Positions 1 to 12,893 of a stretch of DNA of 64,000 nt are shown piece after piece. The first letter of the stretch is position 1; every line of letters begins with the position of its first letter. The translations under genes were made by a program, and so were the position numbers. This DNA comes from Tricharina praecox. Lineage: Eukaryota. Below the pieces are notes generated by a model. It made no database searches, was not told the origin of the DNA, and was given only the letters and a program-made list of their open reading frames with translations. The DNA is taken from NCBI RefSeq assembly GCF_024521635.1, contig NW_026250406.1:682001-746000 (forward strand). Reading direction: 5' to 3'.

Positions 1-3000
1 GACTGGATAGATGATAGCTGCAGAATGGATTGATATGCAGGTCGTTGACCTCAAAGTCTACAAAATGCCGACACCGCGCCCACGAAATCAAGCAACATTC
101 TGTGCTTCCGTCCCAGGGTGATCCCACCGCGAACCCATTCATAGCCCTAAAGGTCGTCAGAAGCGTGTTCAGCGCAACACTCTGCTATGCCACGGTTCCA
201 TCTCGAGGGAACGGCGGAAGATCCTCCGGGATTCGCCGAAACACGTGACATGGGCGGGTGACATCCTATGGAGCGCGGCTGGTCCTGCTCACAGCAGTTT
301 ATCACTCAAATAGTTGGGGCGTGTATGATATGTATGAGATTCAGCCTATGTAGTTACGTCGCAGAAGAAAGATTACCCATGTTGTCACGGCGTCACGCCT
401 TCGGTAGTGTCTTCATCTATGGTACAGAGGGAGCTGCCGCCTAACGGGCCCACGTCTCATTACCCACGCCAACTTACGGGGGTGGTGAGCACAAACTCCC
501 TAGGCCGCATTCTAGACGCGATTTACGGCCGAGTTGAGGTGCAAAAAAAAAAAAAAAGCAAACTCCGCACGGCGCACACCCTGCATATTCGGAATTGTTG
601 GCGGCTGACCTCTATGTATTCGGCTCTGGCGGGAAATTTACAGGGCCATTTTGGAACCGATGGCCGAGCTACATAAACCAGGACGCATGGACAGCTATGA
701 CGCTCCAGACTCCAGTCGCGGTCTTGAACACCCCCGAAACTCCGATAACTCGGAGCTCTGGCATCTACTCTACATATAGCACTCATGAGTGATGAGGCAC
801 GATTCATATTTGCACTTTCACCCGATGCTTGGCCGCTCCTCTCAAACTACACATCATGTACGGTGTACCCAGTGGCACCGGCAAAGTACAAGCGCTTCAA
901 ACGTCATGCAGTGCAGAACTTTGGCGTTCCGAAACAACGAAAGGAGAACATTCAGGTAACGTCGTATAAGTAGTATTGAAATTTTCGGCATCCGCAAGTC
1001 TAACGTAGCAATATAAAATCAGAGAAAGAGGAATCCGTACATGCTGATGATCCTGTAAATTAAAAAAGCAAGGAGCAAACACCGCGTTCCAGCCCAAAAG
1101 AAATCATGAAAGCCAGAGAGACAGAACAGGTATAACCCATTATAAATTAAGTGTGAAGCGTGAAGTAAGTAGCCGGGTCTCTACGCAACGCTCCCCGATG
1201 TAGTGCAGTCGGCGATGCACGTGTAATAACCCCGTAGCCGTAATGAAGATACCCTCTAATGCGAACCTGTGACGCAGACGATGTCAGGGTATTTTTGTCG
1301 TCTGGAAGTAAGGGTCTGGTTACACACCATAGCTCATCTCTTCACTGGCCCCAAAGCAAAAGATGGTCTTGTCCTGTGGCCTCCGAGGCCGCTGCCTGGC
1401 CATTCTTATTGCGCGCGCCCGGCGGACATGCCGGATCGTCGTTCAGTCCCACGCATTTGAAATCCCACGATGGATTGCGCGTATGCGACGTCGAGTCGGT
1501 GCCCATCTGGATGGTTGATGGCTCGTACGAAACGGATACCGACATCGTCTGCGGTAATGACATCGCTCGCATCCGGTCTGCGCTCGGGGTATTGGTTGTG
1601 GTGGTATTTGTGGTTGTAGTGGTGGTGGAGGTGGTGGTGGAGGTGGAGGTGGTGGTGCTGGTCGTGGTTGCAGTTGTTGACATTAAGAGGAGAATAAAAG
1701 GTGTCGGATGGGTGGGCTTGGGGGTTTAAGTATCAAGGAGTGTGTGGGTTTTGACGAGGTCGAGATCGAGGGGGTGCGTGAATGCCTCAGCAACTTGTCG
1801 ATTGTCAGCTTCCCTTGCAGAAGTGAAGAGCGCGGTAAAGCATGGACCAAGTCTGCCGAGGACACAGATCTGAGGCGAAGACGGTCGGCGAGATTATGCA
1901 GTCTTAAAGGCCGTTCAGCAATGAGGAATGGTAGCAAAACGATTGTCCACTATTTGAAGCGAGCCGACACAGTGGCTGCATGCTGTTTCGGGAAAGGTGT
2001 GTTTTGCTGATTGCGTCCTTGCATCGAACAACTTGCTACCCGCGGGATCTGCAGCGCATGTGTGACGGTGGCGTCCACAGCTGCAATCCACTGGCTAATA
2101 ATGGCCAATGCCCATCCCTCATGATGCTCTGCCCGGATTCCTGTGTCGCACAGCTCCCGCCCTTGCGTTCGGCAGTGTATGGCATGCCGTTGCATACACT
2201 CCCTCCTTTTTTGGTGCCCAACAAGTCGGACGTGTGGCCATAGAACCGTTGCGAGGGCCCAGTCGATCGGGCTGCCTCATTTCGGTGAATTGGTCAATCG
2301 TTCAATCAGATCTCTGGATGCCAAATCGCATACGGTAGGCTTTTGTGATGGCTTCTTTTGTGCGGTTTGAAGATTTCGTGTTGTGTGAGTGTCTGTTAAT
2401 GTTGGAAAGGCGTGCAGAAATGTCTTAGCTTGCGGTTCTTGAGACATTGGGAATGACACCCCTGGATCCAGGTTGATCCGCGCGCCCCAGCATTTATGCG
2501 TGGGAATACGATCCCAATCTTCCATATTACGCAGCAGGCATTCGAAGTTTTATCGGTAAGTTCGCGGTAATTTCCAATCCAGCGAGCCGTCTGGGGGGCG
2601 GACTCCTCCGTGTGGTCCGGTGATCCGGTTCTTCGTCTCTGGAACGCCTAGGCCCAGTATTCCAGAGCATGCTGATGCGATCTGACCTGGTGATGCCCAT
2701 CGGTATCATAAGCGATACGTGGAGGTTTTATGTTCCTGCAAAGTTCCGTGGAATGGATGAGATCAAGTAACTCAACGCTCCGAAAACAACCATTGCGATG
2801 GGAACGAATCCATGTGGCGAATCAACAGTTTTCTTTCCCCAAGCGGGAGATAGTCGTACCGTTGGGTTCAGTCGGTCTCCTTCACTCACCCAAAGTTGAC
2901 ACCAAAATTTATATTGCTTGGTATGACAGCGTTCGTATGGGGATCTCCACCCAGCGCCCCACCTGTCGAAACCGTTGCTCGGGAGATAGCCACCAGCTAT

Positions 3001-3130
3001 TGCTGCCACCAGTCGTCGGACGAAGCACTTTGTTAAAACCCAGAGTTGCTTGTGGCAGATTGTGATTTGTGGATCTTCGATTGGTGATGACGGCGTTCTG
3101 TTCTCCGTCCGGTCGATGCCATCGTCGTAC

Positions 3131-3600
3131 CTAATACGAACTTGGTGCGCCGCACAAGATCATACGTATGTTGCGGTACTGCTTCTCGATCAGATCTTGT
3201 AGAACGTTCCAAAAGTCTGGAATTGCCGAGAGTTCGTCGTCATGCGAGAGAGTCCTTGAGCGGCGATCTTTGCAAATATCCCAGACTCCTGCTCGGCGAG
3301 CTTTGGCCCCCATGTGCCGTAGTTTCCGCTAAATTCCCGAGCTATTTTAGCCACCGCGTCTAATCGATCACAAAACGTCAGGAAACTACAGGGTGGTTTG
3401 ACATACCGACATTCGGTACCGCATCGGTACTGGTAGAAACCTCCTGTCGTCATGCAACGTGGAGCTGTCTCCAACGCTGCATATGTGTCAAACTCAAGCA
3501 AACGCGCCAAACGCGTATCCATATGTTAAACCCCACCTACTTATCGCGTCTCGAGAGTGGATACCCTTGCCGCCACATGGAGAGAACCATCGACCACTGA
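3131..3600 (-). pseudogene. Decayed P-loop NTPase-like coding relic (extent uncertain, possibly ~1.3-4.4 kb)
   Basis: The minus strand gives FSVVDGS/PCGGK (needs a 2-nt frameshift near 3581), then TRLARLL (~3500-3516), and ~85 codons later SHDDELSAIPDFWNVLQDLIEKQYRNIRMILCG. These are Walker A-like and Walker B-like segments in broken frames. Confidence 0.35.
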
Positions 3601-4879
3601 AAACCCATCATCACACCGCATTCCCTTCAAAATCCCGTATGTATGTAGGTACCTGCAGTCGTCTGCGATGGCAGCCTGCAATATGCGGTGAGGTCGCCGG
3701 TTCATCTCGCAGCGGGTAGTTGCCGAACTGCCCTTCAAACCGTCCAGTAGACGTAGAAATTCCTCACACATGCAAGGGTGTTTCACGCATTCCCACCACG
3801 AATCACCGCCTGCAGCACACACCGCCGCTGATCCTGCTCGTCGCGGAGGATCTATCGCGCTCGGCCGCATCCGGTGTGTACATGTTTGTCGTTCCACACT
3901 CTGGGACGTTTGCTTCCTTCTTGAGCGACGTACAAGAACGCAATGCATACATGGGGTAAATGGCTTTATGCCCCCAGTGGCGGCCGGGATTTTGGTGTCT
4001 TTGCTTTTGTTGAGAACAACGGGATTGCTATATAGCCCATGGCCCGAGGCAGTGAGGGATGAGCCCTTTCGTCGCAATTGGTTCCAGGTCTGCGGGATGA
4101 AGAAAAAGCCAAGATATAAGAGATCGGATCGGTGGGCGAATGATGACCCAGAGCGGATGGTGCAACCCACAAATGTTTCCTCCCAGAGCATAACCGGCGG
4201 TATTGCGGACGTATAGGCGTGTGGGCGCATTGCGGATTATTCGTACCGACCGCAGCTTCGACCGGGTGGTTGCAGTGCAGTACCGTAGCTTCGTCAGGGC
4301 TTTTGAATCATCAGGAACTAACCGATCGATTAGCAAAACCGATGCAGAATAGATGTGAGAAGTGATGACTCGCATACCTCGAAGGCGAGCCATATCTGCC
4401 CCAGGATCATTGCAACCCTCGCAGCCAAATATTCTTCCCTCCCCACTTCAACAGGACACAGTTGTAGTCATGAGAGTGCGCACGCGAGCGATATGAGCGA
4501 ATGGGGTGTATGCTCGGACGAGGGAGCGAAGCCGAGAGGTGTTTCTGTGGGAGGGAAAGGCTTGCCCAAAGTTCCCATACCAATGGAGGAGGATGAGTGA
4601 ATAAATCATCCTGCGCGCGGATTATGTACTGTCAATGTCTGGTGTGAGGCAGGATAACAGAGTTGGTGTGATGTAGTGTGGACTCACGAAGAAGGATGAT
4701 TGGTTCGTAACTACCTGTGAAGATCGAGAGAGAGAAGATCATTTATTGTCGCATACGGCCTTACTGGACGATGGCGACCACAACCCGTGTCCCGACCTTT
4801 CCTACTAGCTCCGCAGCAGGTAGAGAGAAAGCTTCATCGTCACGGCTTGATCCTGCACAGCTGCCTACCAGACATGTAC

Positions 4880-5150
4880 GTGGACAGCAGGAACTGGCGG
4901 TCTGATGAGCCCGGAACAATAGGTAGAGACTCGAGAGTGCGTAGGTGATCTCGCTATTTTTGGAGCAATGAAGCCTCTCGATGGGTGGGTACACAACGAA
5001 TGGGAAAGAGTGGGCCGTGAACGGCAGGAATTGGCAGGCTGATGAACCCGGAGCGATCGGTCGAGAGTTCGTAGGTGGTTTCGGTATTGTTGAGGCGATA
5101 AAGCTCATAGATGGGTGGGTACACAACGCATGGGAAAGAGTGGGTCATGT
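4880..5150. repeat. Imperfect ~130-bp direct duplication
   Basis: gatgggtgggtacacaacg(a/c)atgggaaagagtggg at ~4980 and ~5110; gcaggaa(c/t)tggc...ctgatga(g/a)cccgga at ~4885 and ~5024. Confidence 0.75.
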
Positions 5151-8100
5151 GCTCTGGGAGACATTGGTTATCCCTCAATTGAGCCCAACGTCTCGGCCCG
5201 TTTTTCAATGAGCCTGGCCTTCCATGTAAATATCAGGCCGTCCTTACGACACAGCACGCTTTTCCTTTCGCCTCTTTCTCCGCATATCTCCCCTTATCTT
5301 CTCAAATCCGACTACATACTAGGTACAGTCATTTGATCATCCTCAGTCATCTATCCTACATACTCCGACCCAAAGCCACCACGAGCACGCAGCTTCATCC
5401 CTCGGTGCCTTTCCATTCCCTCTGAGGCTCTGCCGTCTCCACGACGCTGGTCGCGTACTCGACGTTTGATATTCTCCTGCTTCTCCCCACGCCACTCAGT
5501 TGCCACTTCAAGGTGTTGAATCCGCACCCAGAGCGGCACTTGATCAGCAAGAAAGAAACTATCGGGACTACTCTGAATCGTCAAAATGGCCGGCTCGGCC
5601 GCTCGCGTGTCGACAGGAAACGAAGACCCAGGAATGGCCAAACAGCAGCATTTTGACATACAGGGAGAATCCCGAGAGGTAACGTAAACCGGTACTCCCG
5701 ATTTGAACAGAGGATTGTCGGGGATCTTGAAGACGGAAAAGAAATCTACAGAACAGTGACTGGAAATAGTAAGACGCCGGAGCGACAGGGCGAATGAGAG
5801 CGCTGGACGCCGCCAGCCTGAAAATTGAAGGGGATATGGTGGGGGAGAGGGGACATGAGCTTCTGTTCCACTTCGCACCGTCATTCTTGGCCTCTTCGGA
5901 CAAGACAGAATAGTGGGAGAGGAAGGTGGAAGTGGTTTCGTTTTTGTTTTGTATTCCGGGTGTCTAGGCGGAGGGCGGGGGCAAGAGAGGGAGCCATCAC
6001 GGGCAGCAGCGGACTGTTCGCGGTCGAGTTGGACGATGGATAAGGAAGCGGCGCTTGTATATTGCCATGATCTAGATAAGGTCGCACGCAATGAATGATG
6101 AAACAAAAAAAATGAGCGACAGGCCGCACGAGTGACGAGTCAAAGCCGGCACTGCAACACGGGCTGTGAGTCGCTGACGAGAAAGTTATCCCGACGCCGT
6201 TGGAGTCTTTCTTCCGCCCTCGTCGAGCGACTATGGATTGGTACAGGGCGAAAGCTGAAGAATTCAGCTGGTTCAGGGCAGTAGCAAGTTGCTCCACTTG
6301 CCGATTCAGCTTCTCCCAGCACTATTGTGTCGAACCAGCTTGGTTGGTATTCCGATTGCTCACTTCACCATCTGACTGACGCAGTGACGCATGAGTGTTC
6401 CTCTAGTTGGGCTTCGGTATCTGGGTAAAGTTCCGCACAGCACTCGCTTGCAACTGCTGCTAAGTGGTTGTACTCTTTCACGATGCCTGCCACATCCGAC
6501 CGTACTTTGCTTCACTCATCACGGGCATGAAGAAAAACCATTTGTCGTTGTAAACAGTTTCGACAGACAAAACAACACCTCAACTTTCAAGCCCACACAA
6601 GTACAATACCCCAGACCAAATCCAACGGATATAGCAGACAGCCCTCGCTCTCATCTACGTAGTATCCGCCACCTTGGCCTGCTTAGTACCCGCCCCCACA
6701 AACTCGAAGCTACGCCTCCCCTGCGGCGGCGGCGAGATATTCAGCATTCCGACTCCGTCTCCAAGCGCGAGTAAGCAAGACTGCTGACGGTGTCCCTCCC
6801 CCAGGAATCTCTGCATCGCTGGTGAAATGGTGCCGCGGCCCGTGGGTGTCTGTCCCTTCATCTCCTGTAGGCCTCGTGACAAACCAGTTCGCTGGAGAAT
6901 CTTGTAGGTGGGCTTCGGCGCGGCGGCGTTCGGGAGAGATAAGTCGGCTAGGGCCGCTTGGTTGGTTGGTGCGGTCTGGATGGACGTTAGATTATCATAA
7001 TGACAGGAGTATCCGGAGGCGCGGGAGCAAACCATTGCGTCGATGTGATGCTCTAGAGATCAAGAAATTCTTCGGACGGAGAGTAGCGGAGTGTGGTCGC
7101 TATGTCTGGGTTGTGGGGCTGTAGCATGGACGGGCGGATTATAGCTGTGGTTGGGGTGTTGACCGTCTTCGTGAGATTCTAGGAGTAGGAGAGTCCTGAT
7201 TAGCCCTGCAGTTATCCAAAAGGGTCAAACGTTTACCTGCGAGAACGGGTGATACCTGACACTTATTCGCTAGCTCGGTTCTTCCGGTGCTATCGAAAGT
7301 CCTCCTGTGAGTTGTTCGCAGATTTTGTGCCGTCCTGTCGTCCCGGATACCCACCATTTTACAACAACAGAAGGACTGAGGATACCTATGTGGCTAACGG
7401 CGGCAGCCTTTCAATGGAAGGGGAGTAACAGGTCAGTGACAGGAGCTCGCCTGAACTCTGAAGAAAAAAAACACCCCTCCATATTGCCCCTACCAGGCTA
7501 CCGTCATCTCAAATACGCCCCTTTGCCTCCCAGGCTCCAACATAACAGCCAACAGCACAGCAGCCGTGGCTTCACCCACACACACACATACAGACACATC
7601 ATTACAGACACACCATTACAGACACACACGTGATAGCGGCGTGTATGCAAGTGAGCACAATCCGCGCATGACGCGGCTAGTGGCGGGTACTCGGATGTGT
7701 TGACAACGCCAGTTCAGCCCCTGCCAGCTACTCCATCAGGCGCAGTCCCACTCACGAATAGTCTTCTGCTGCTTTTTTTCTTCTCCACCGGTATGCCGGC
7801 AGGCGGTCTTGATTTGACGGCCTTCCTGTGGAGCACCAACAACCTCCTGAGGCGTCTCGGTCTGCTCCAATTCGCGGATGGGGGCGCCTCAAGGAGGAAG
7901 GCGTGTGAATACAGCGCTCGATAGAGTACGTACTACCCACATACGCAAGTACCTATAGGTAGGCGGCAGGCTTCGCCTCTCAGCTGTGCACAATGAGGCA
8001 CAGTACAAGTTTCTACACCACTCTACCGTAGGTCGCAGGCCAGTTTGGAACCCATGAAGGACCAAAAAAAAGAGTAGATATGCAGTTTCGTGATCTGCGC

Positions 8101-8467
8101 GAGCTAGACCTCGTCACTGAATACGAGCCCGCTGCATACCTCAGAGAGCCGGGTGTGCCGTCCGACTCCCCGACAAACAAATGCACGTCCGTCGTGTACA
8201 TAGTACAGAGCTTCACTACCGGGCCGAGCCGCCGTACCGATCCCCATTACCTATAAGTCGAACGGAGCGATAAAAATTTCCAGTCATGATAAGCGATCGT
8301 TAAAGTACAGTACAGTACATTATTAAATTTTGTGTTGGGTAAGTATTTGGCAACCATGGAAGAAAAGCAAACCCGCAAAACTGCGCCCGCCGACACACAC
8401 GCACACACACATAAGTACATACATGATACATCCCCAACTCCCTCATCTCCTATGATGTAGGCGGTGC

Positions 8468-9507
8468 TTAATTCGGCAGCTCAGCTTGACGCGGATGCGA
8501 CGAGGCGGGCATCTCTGCGGCGGCGGTGGGCCATCCCGCAGCCGGCGGGTGAGGAGTATTACTGCTGACAGTCGAGTACCCTCCGGTGTGCTGCATTTCC
8601 GCGGGCGGGGGGCTGGTGGGGGGGCTAACGAAGCCGTCGTAGGCGGGGCCCTGTGTGTACGGCTGCTGGGGCATGTGCTGCTGCTGCTGCTGGGTGTTGT
8701 AGACGGGTGTCGGGTACGCGGTGGGCTGCATGGGCTGCTGCGGGTTCTGCATCTGCTGCAGTGGCTGCTGGTAGTACTGTTCCTGTGGCTTCTGCGTCTG
8801 CGAGGATTGCGCGGGTAGCTCGGCGGAGGTCGTGACGGGTGCGACGCCGCCGTTCGCGTGGATACGCCCGAGAAGGTCCGCCCGGTGCTTGTAGAGCGTG
8901 ATGGAGGCGAAGACGAGGGAGGCGATGAAGAGGAACCTGTGGAGGCGAGATGAGTCGACGCTCACGAACGGGAGGTGGCGGCGGGATGCACTTACATCGC
9001 CAGCAATTCCATCGCGAAGGCACCCTTGATGGTCGGACACAGCGATCCCGAGTAGAAGTACGAGCAGTCGAGAGCCAACCAGCCGCTATCGGCGGTGCCG
9101 GCCATGGAGATGAGGAGAAAAAGGGTGCAGAACGCGTCGACGATGACCACGGCCAGCGGTAGTAGCATCCCCATGAAGAACAGGATGAAATTCACAGCCA
9201 TCCAGATAAGAATGATCAGCGCTATGAACAACCCCATGCCTGCCCACCTATGGTACAGAATCAGCAACGCGTCTCCGTCGTCGTCGCACGGGTAAGGAAG
9301 AGTCCAACATACCATACTTGGCCCAGTGAGCAAATATACGCCGTCATGCCCAGCAGTATGACGCCAAATAACGTCTGAGTTGCTCGCACAATCTTTCACG
9401 AAGCATGTTAACCAAAGGATTCACCAAAGACCCCACGGGGTTGGAGGGAAGTTGGAGGTGAGTCGTACGAGGAAAGGCAGCATCGGCCATCGGTCGTCTT
9501 GCACCAT
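8468..9507 (-). CDS. MARVEL-like multi-pass membrane protein with Gln/Pro-rich C-terminal tail (multi-exon)
   Basis: ATG at 9507 (MVQDDRWPMLPFL). Hydrophobic helices WAGMGLFIALIILIWMAVNFILFF, LAVVIVDAFCTLFLLISMAG and KGAFAMELLA/FLFIASLVFASITLY are separated by GT-AG introns, followed by a QQPMQPTAYP tail and a stop at 8468. Confidence 0.7.
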
Positions 9508-11577
9508 ATTTGCGGAGGCTTGTCTTGTCGATTCTCGAGCGGTTGTGATGGGTTGAGGAGGCTTGTCGATTCTAGATCGGCCGTGAAGGGTTGAGCAGAC
9601 GTGAGTGCGATAATTGATGTTCGGCGTTCGTTCGTCCGTTCGTCCGTTCGTCCGTTCGGTGTCTTTCTTTCACCGTGGCATATAATCTCGAATGGCTGGA
9701 AATGACAATCGCACGAGGAAGAATCCGGGACTGCCTCTGACGTGCCGTCCCTTTTGTATTTGTGCGTTCGAACTAGGTGACAGAGAATAAATCATGTTGC
9801 ACCGCAGGTTGCTGCAGGCTCCAGGATCGAACATGCACAGCAGGACACCCCGTGGTGTGGACGATGGTCTCACAGGACCAATCAACCAGCCAATCAACCA
9901 ACCAACCCCGCTAGTTAGCACCCTGCCCATCATCGGACGCTACTAACTATGGCACTCCACCAATTCTTCAGCCGCAATGCTGGTCGGCCCACTTTTATCG
10001 GACGGTGAGAAGCTTGTCTCGACTCTCTTCCAGCCGTGCTCTACGCCAAAATGGCATACCGCATGCCGGATTATTCACGGAGTGCTGCTGCTGCTCACCA
10101 TCGTTGGAGCCCGGTCCCAACTAGCGTTTGGCATTGGAAACGCCTCGCTTGCGGGTACGAGCCGGCGCTCGCTTACTATCCCCATTCTGGCTCGTTTTGC
10201 CATTCCCTGTCGCACCGTGCCCGCATGCAGCTAATCTCCGTCACATCCTCTCGTAGGGGGTAACTCTACTTCGCCTACGGTACTCTTGGAGAGAAGACGA
10301 GACGAGACAAGAGCAGCGCTGCGCACGATTTTGCCGCCATCAGTATCTAGAGATACACCATCATACAACTCGGATACTATGGTCCGATAGTGAGGTCACC
10401 TGTGCAGCTGGAAAACTGAAAACCTCCAGGCGGGCGGGGCCACATACCAGTAACTGGTGGGAACCACACAAACAGATGAGTCACGACCTTCTGGAAGGAG
10501 TAAAGTACTATCATTCTGAGCAAGTACTCTATGTATGGTAGATACTACTCCGGTACCAGCAGCCGACGATTCCATGTGAACAGTCGACATTAAAATCTTG
10601 AGCGCTGCCACCACACCATCCATCCAGCTATCACAGTCATTAACGCTTGTCGCTCGACGCCTGCGACTCTTGGGATAGGAGCCGGGGCTGAGGCAAAGTC
10701 TTCTGATCCATCATCCATCTCAGGAGGGGATCCCCTCAGGAGAACCTAGCATGCGCAGGCGAGCCTGGGACCGCGAAGCACTGATACTGGGCTCTGGCTT
10801 GTTATGTTGGACACAGCACCACAGATTACATAGGGGGAGGGGGGGCCTACAGAAGCTTAGCGCAGCAGCCGTGTTTGACTGACCGAATCGTTGGAGACCG
10901 ACCTCCTTTGACGCAGCGCCACCATGCTGTGCGCCGTGGTTCCCAAGTTCCAACAGTTTCCAGTCGGCCCGAACGGTGAACCATGGCACCGACCTTGCAC
11001 CCTGCCGCCGTCGCCGTCCCTTCCTTGTGTTGTGTTCTCGATCGCGACGAACATGTCTATATTTTTCTTCGTGGTGCGGTTCCACCACCGTGACCAGAAA
11101 TGAGGCGCAGTCTGTCGATCTCGTAATCGGTTGTTAGTTAGCAAATGGCGCGGCCAATCAACACCAACCCCAACCCTCCCAGCACAGCACAGCACAGCAC
11201 AGCCAGAAACGAGCCATGACCATAAACCCCTGCAAGGCTGCACCGCACTCCACATATCTGAGCGCCGGTTGGCCCATGCGCCGATCATTCGCAAACTCGT
11301 CTTCTTATGATAATTGCAAATCCACACTCTTTCAACCTCCGAGCATATATTCTGGAATGCTTGCATACCAGCAATATCTCTCGAAATCTCGAACGGCAAA
11401 GAGATAAATCTCTTCTCGATCGCTTCCACGAGAAATCTCGACCTACGGGGACCAGCGCAGGAAAAATACTGCACCACGAAGACTGCAACTCGAAAACTAC
11501 AGTCTACGTCCATTGGCTGTCGGTACAGAGCAATAGTACGGAAAAGTACTGGATGTGCTTGGGAGTGCCCCGTTGTC

Positions 11578-12893
11578 GAATATGTCTCTCATACCGTATA
11601 GGGAAGCATCGGGATCTTGATTCAACTTAAGTGGTAGGACTCGTCACTCAAGACCGCCCACTCCCTACTATGCCGTGGTGAGATAAGTACTAAAGCGTTC
11701 AATAGCAGATTGCGCGCACCCACGGACCATGACGGTTATTTCGAGAAACTTGTGGAGATGCTATCACTACCACGCATGGGCGAAATGCTCCCCCGATTTG
11801 ATGCCTACAGGCTACAGCAGGTTGTTTGAATACCTACGCACACTTATAGCGCCGCAACCAGTTGCAAAACCTTTATTGCGAGTTGTGCCGATGTGGACAT
11901 TTAGCGAGCAGTGAGATACTCTCTTTCCTCCTACAGTTTCACCATTGCTCTCACTAAATGTTCAAGTACCTCTGCGTTGCATACCTTCACGCTCCACGAT
12001 ACATGCGCGGAATCAACTGTCGAAGACTCAAAGGCCTCCAATACAGATCACCCTTCGGCATTTGCCAAAGGACCTCCCCGAGGCCCATCAACGAGCTGCG
12101 AGCGTTGCAAAAGACAAATCGAAAATTTGGTTCTGATACCGTCGACCGTCGTGGCAAAGAATGTTTCCAAGTGGACAGTCTGTGGAAAGTCACCACACTT
12201 CAATGATTCATGGACGAGCCCAAAGAAGCATTGAATTTATGTCTCCCATATGGGGAAGCATCGGAGTCTTGACTCTTCCTTCAAGTGGTAGGACTCGAGA
12301 CAACTCCCTACTATTCCGTGGTGCGATATGTACTGAACTTAGCATTCGAGAGCAGATTGCGAGCACGCACGAGTCCACAACGGGTAATTCCAGAAACGTC
12401 CGGGGATGCTACCACGCATAGGCGAACGTGCTCCCCCGATTCAATTATCAATACCTGCAGCAGGTTGTTCGAATACCTCCGCTCGCGGCTCATGTAGCGC
12501 CGCAACCAATTTCAGCCCTGCAGCCTTGTAGGCGGCACTGCCGTCAAGATCTTTATTGCAATTTGCGAGTCGTGCCGATGTGGACAATGGATATCGAGCA
12601 AGCAGTGAGAGACTCTCTTTTCTCCTACTATTTCTCTCACTAACATCTTTAGGTTCTTCCAGTGCGTTACCTTCGCCCTCGATGATAAAAGCGCGGAATC
12701 AACTGTCGAAGCTTCGAAGACATCCAGATCACCCTTTGGCATTTACCAAAGGACGTCGGACGTTTCCGAAACCAATCAGCGAGCGTTTCAAAAGATACAT
12801 CGAAAATTCAGTTCTGATACCGTCGACCGTCGTTGCGAAGAATATTTCCATGGCAAAGTCACCACTCTTCACGGACGAGCCGAAAGAAGCATT
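11578..12893. repeat. Eroded tandem duplication, two ~650-bp units (~11578-12232 and ~12233-12893), probably ex-coding
   Basis: Collinear shared blocks gggaagcatcgg, aagtggtaggactcg, cagcaggttgtt(t/c)gaatacct, gtgccgatgtggaca, gcggaatcaactgtcgaag, gttctgataccgtcgaccgtcgt, ggacgagcc..aagaagcatt. Confidence 0.85.

Noticed and set aside
407..973. Short + strand ORFs (…ADLYVFGSGGKFTGPFWNRW…)
   Set aside because: No clear start, splice model or recognisable family
1342..1683. Thr/Ser-rich ORF resembling a mucin-like protein
   Set aside because: Driven by a GGT-type repeat with a non-ATG start; may be the tail of the decayed gene upstream, but this cannot be supported
5351..7357. Several 100-250 aa overlapping ORFs
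   Set aside because: No motif and inconsistent frames; spurious or heavily decayed
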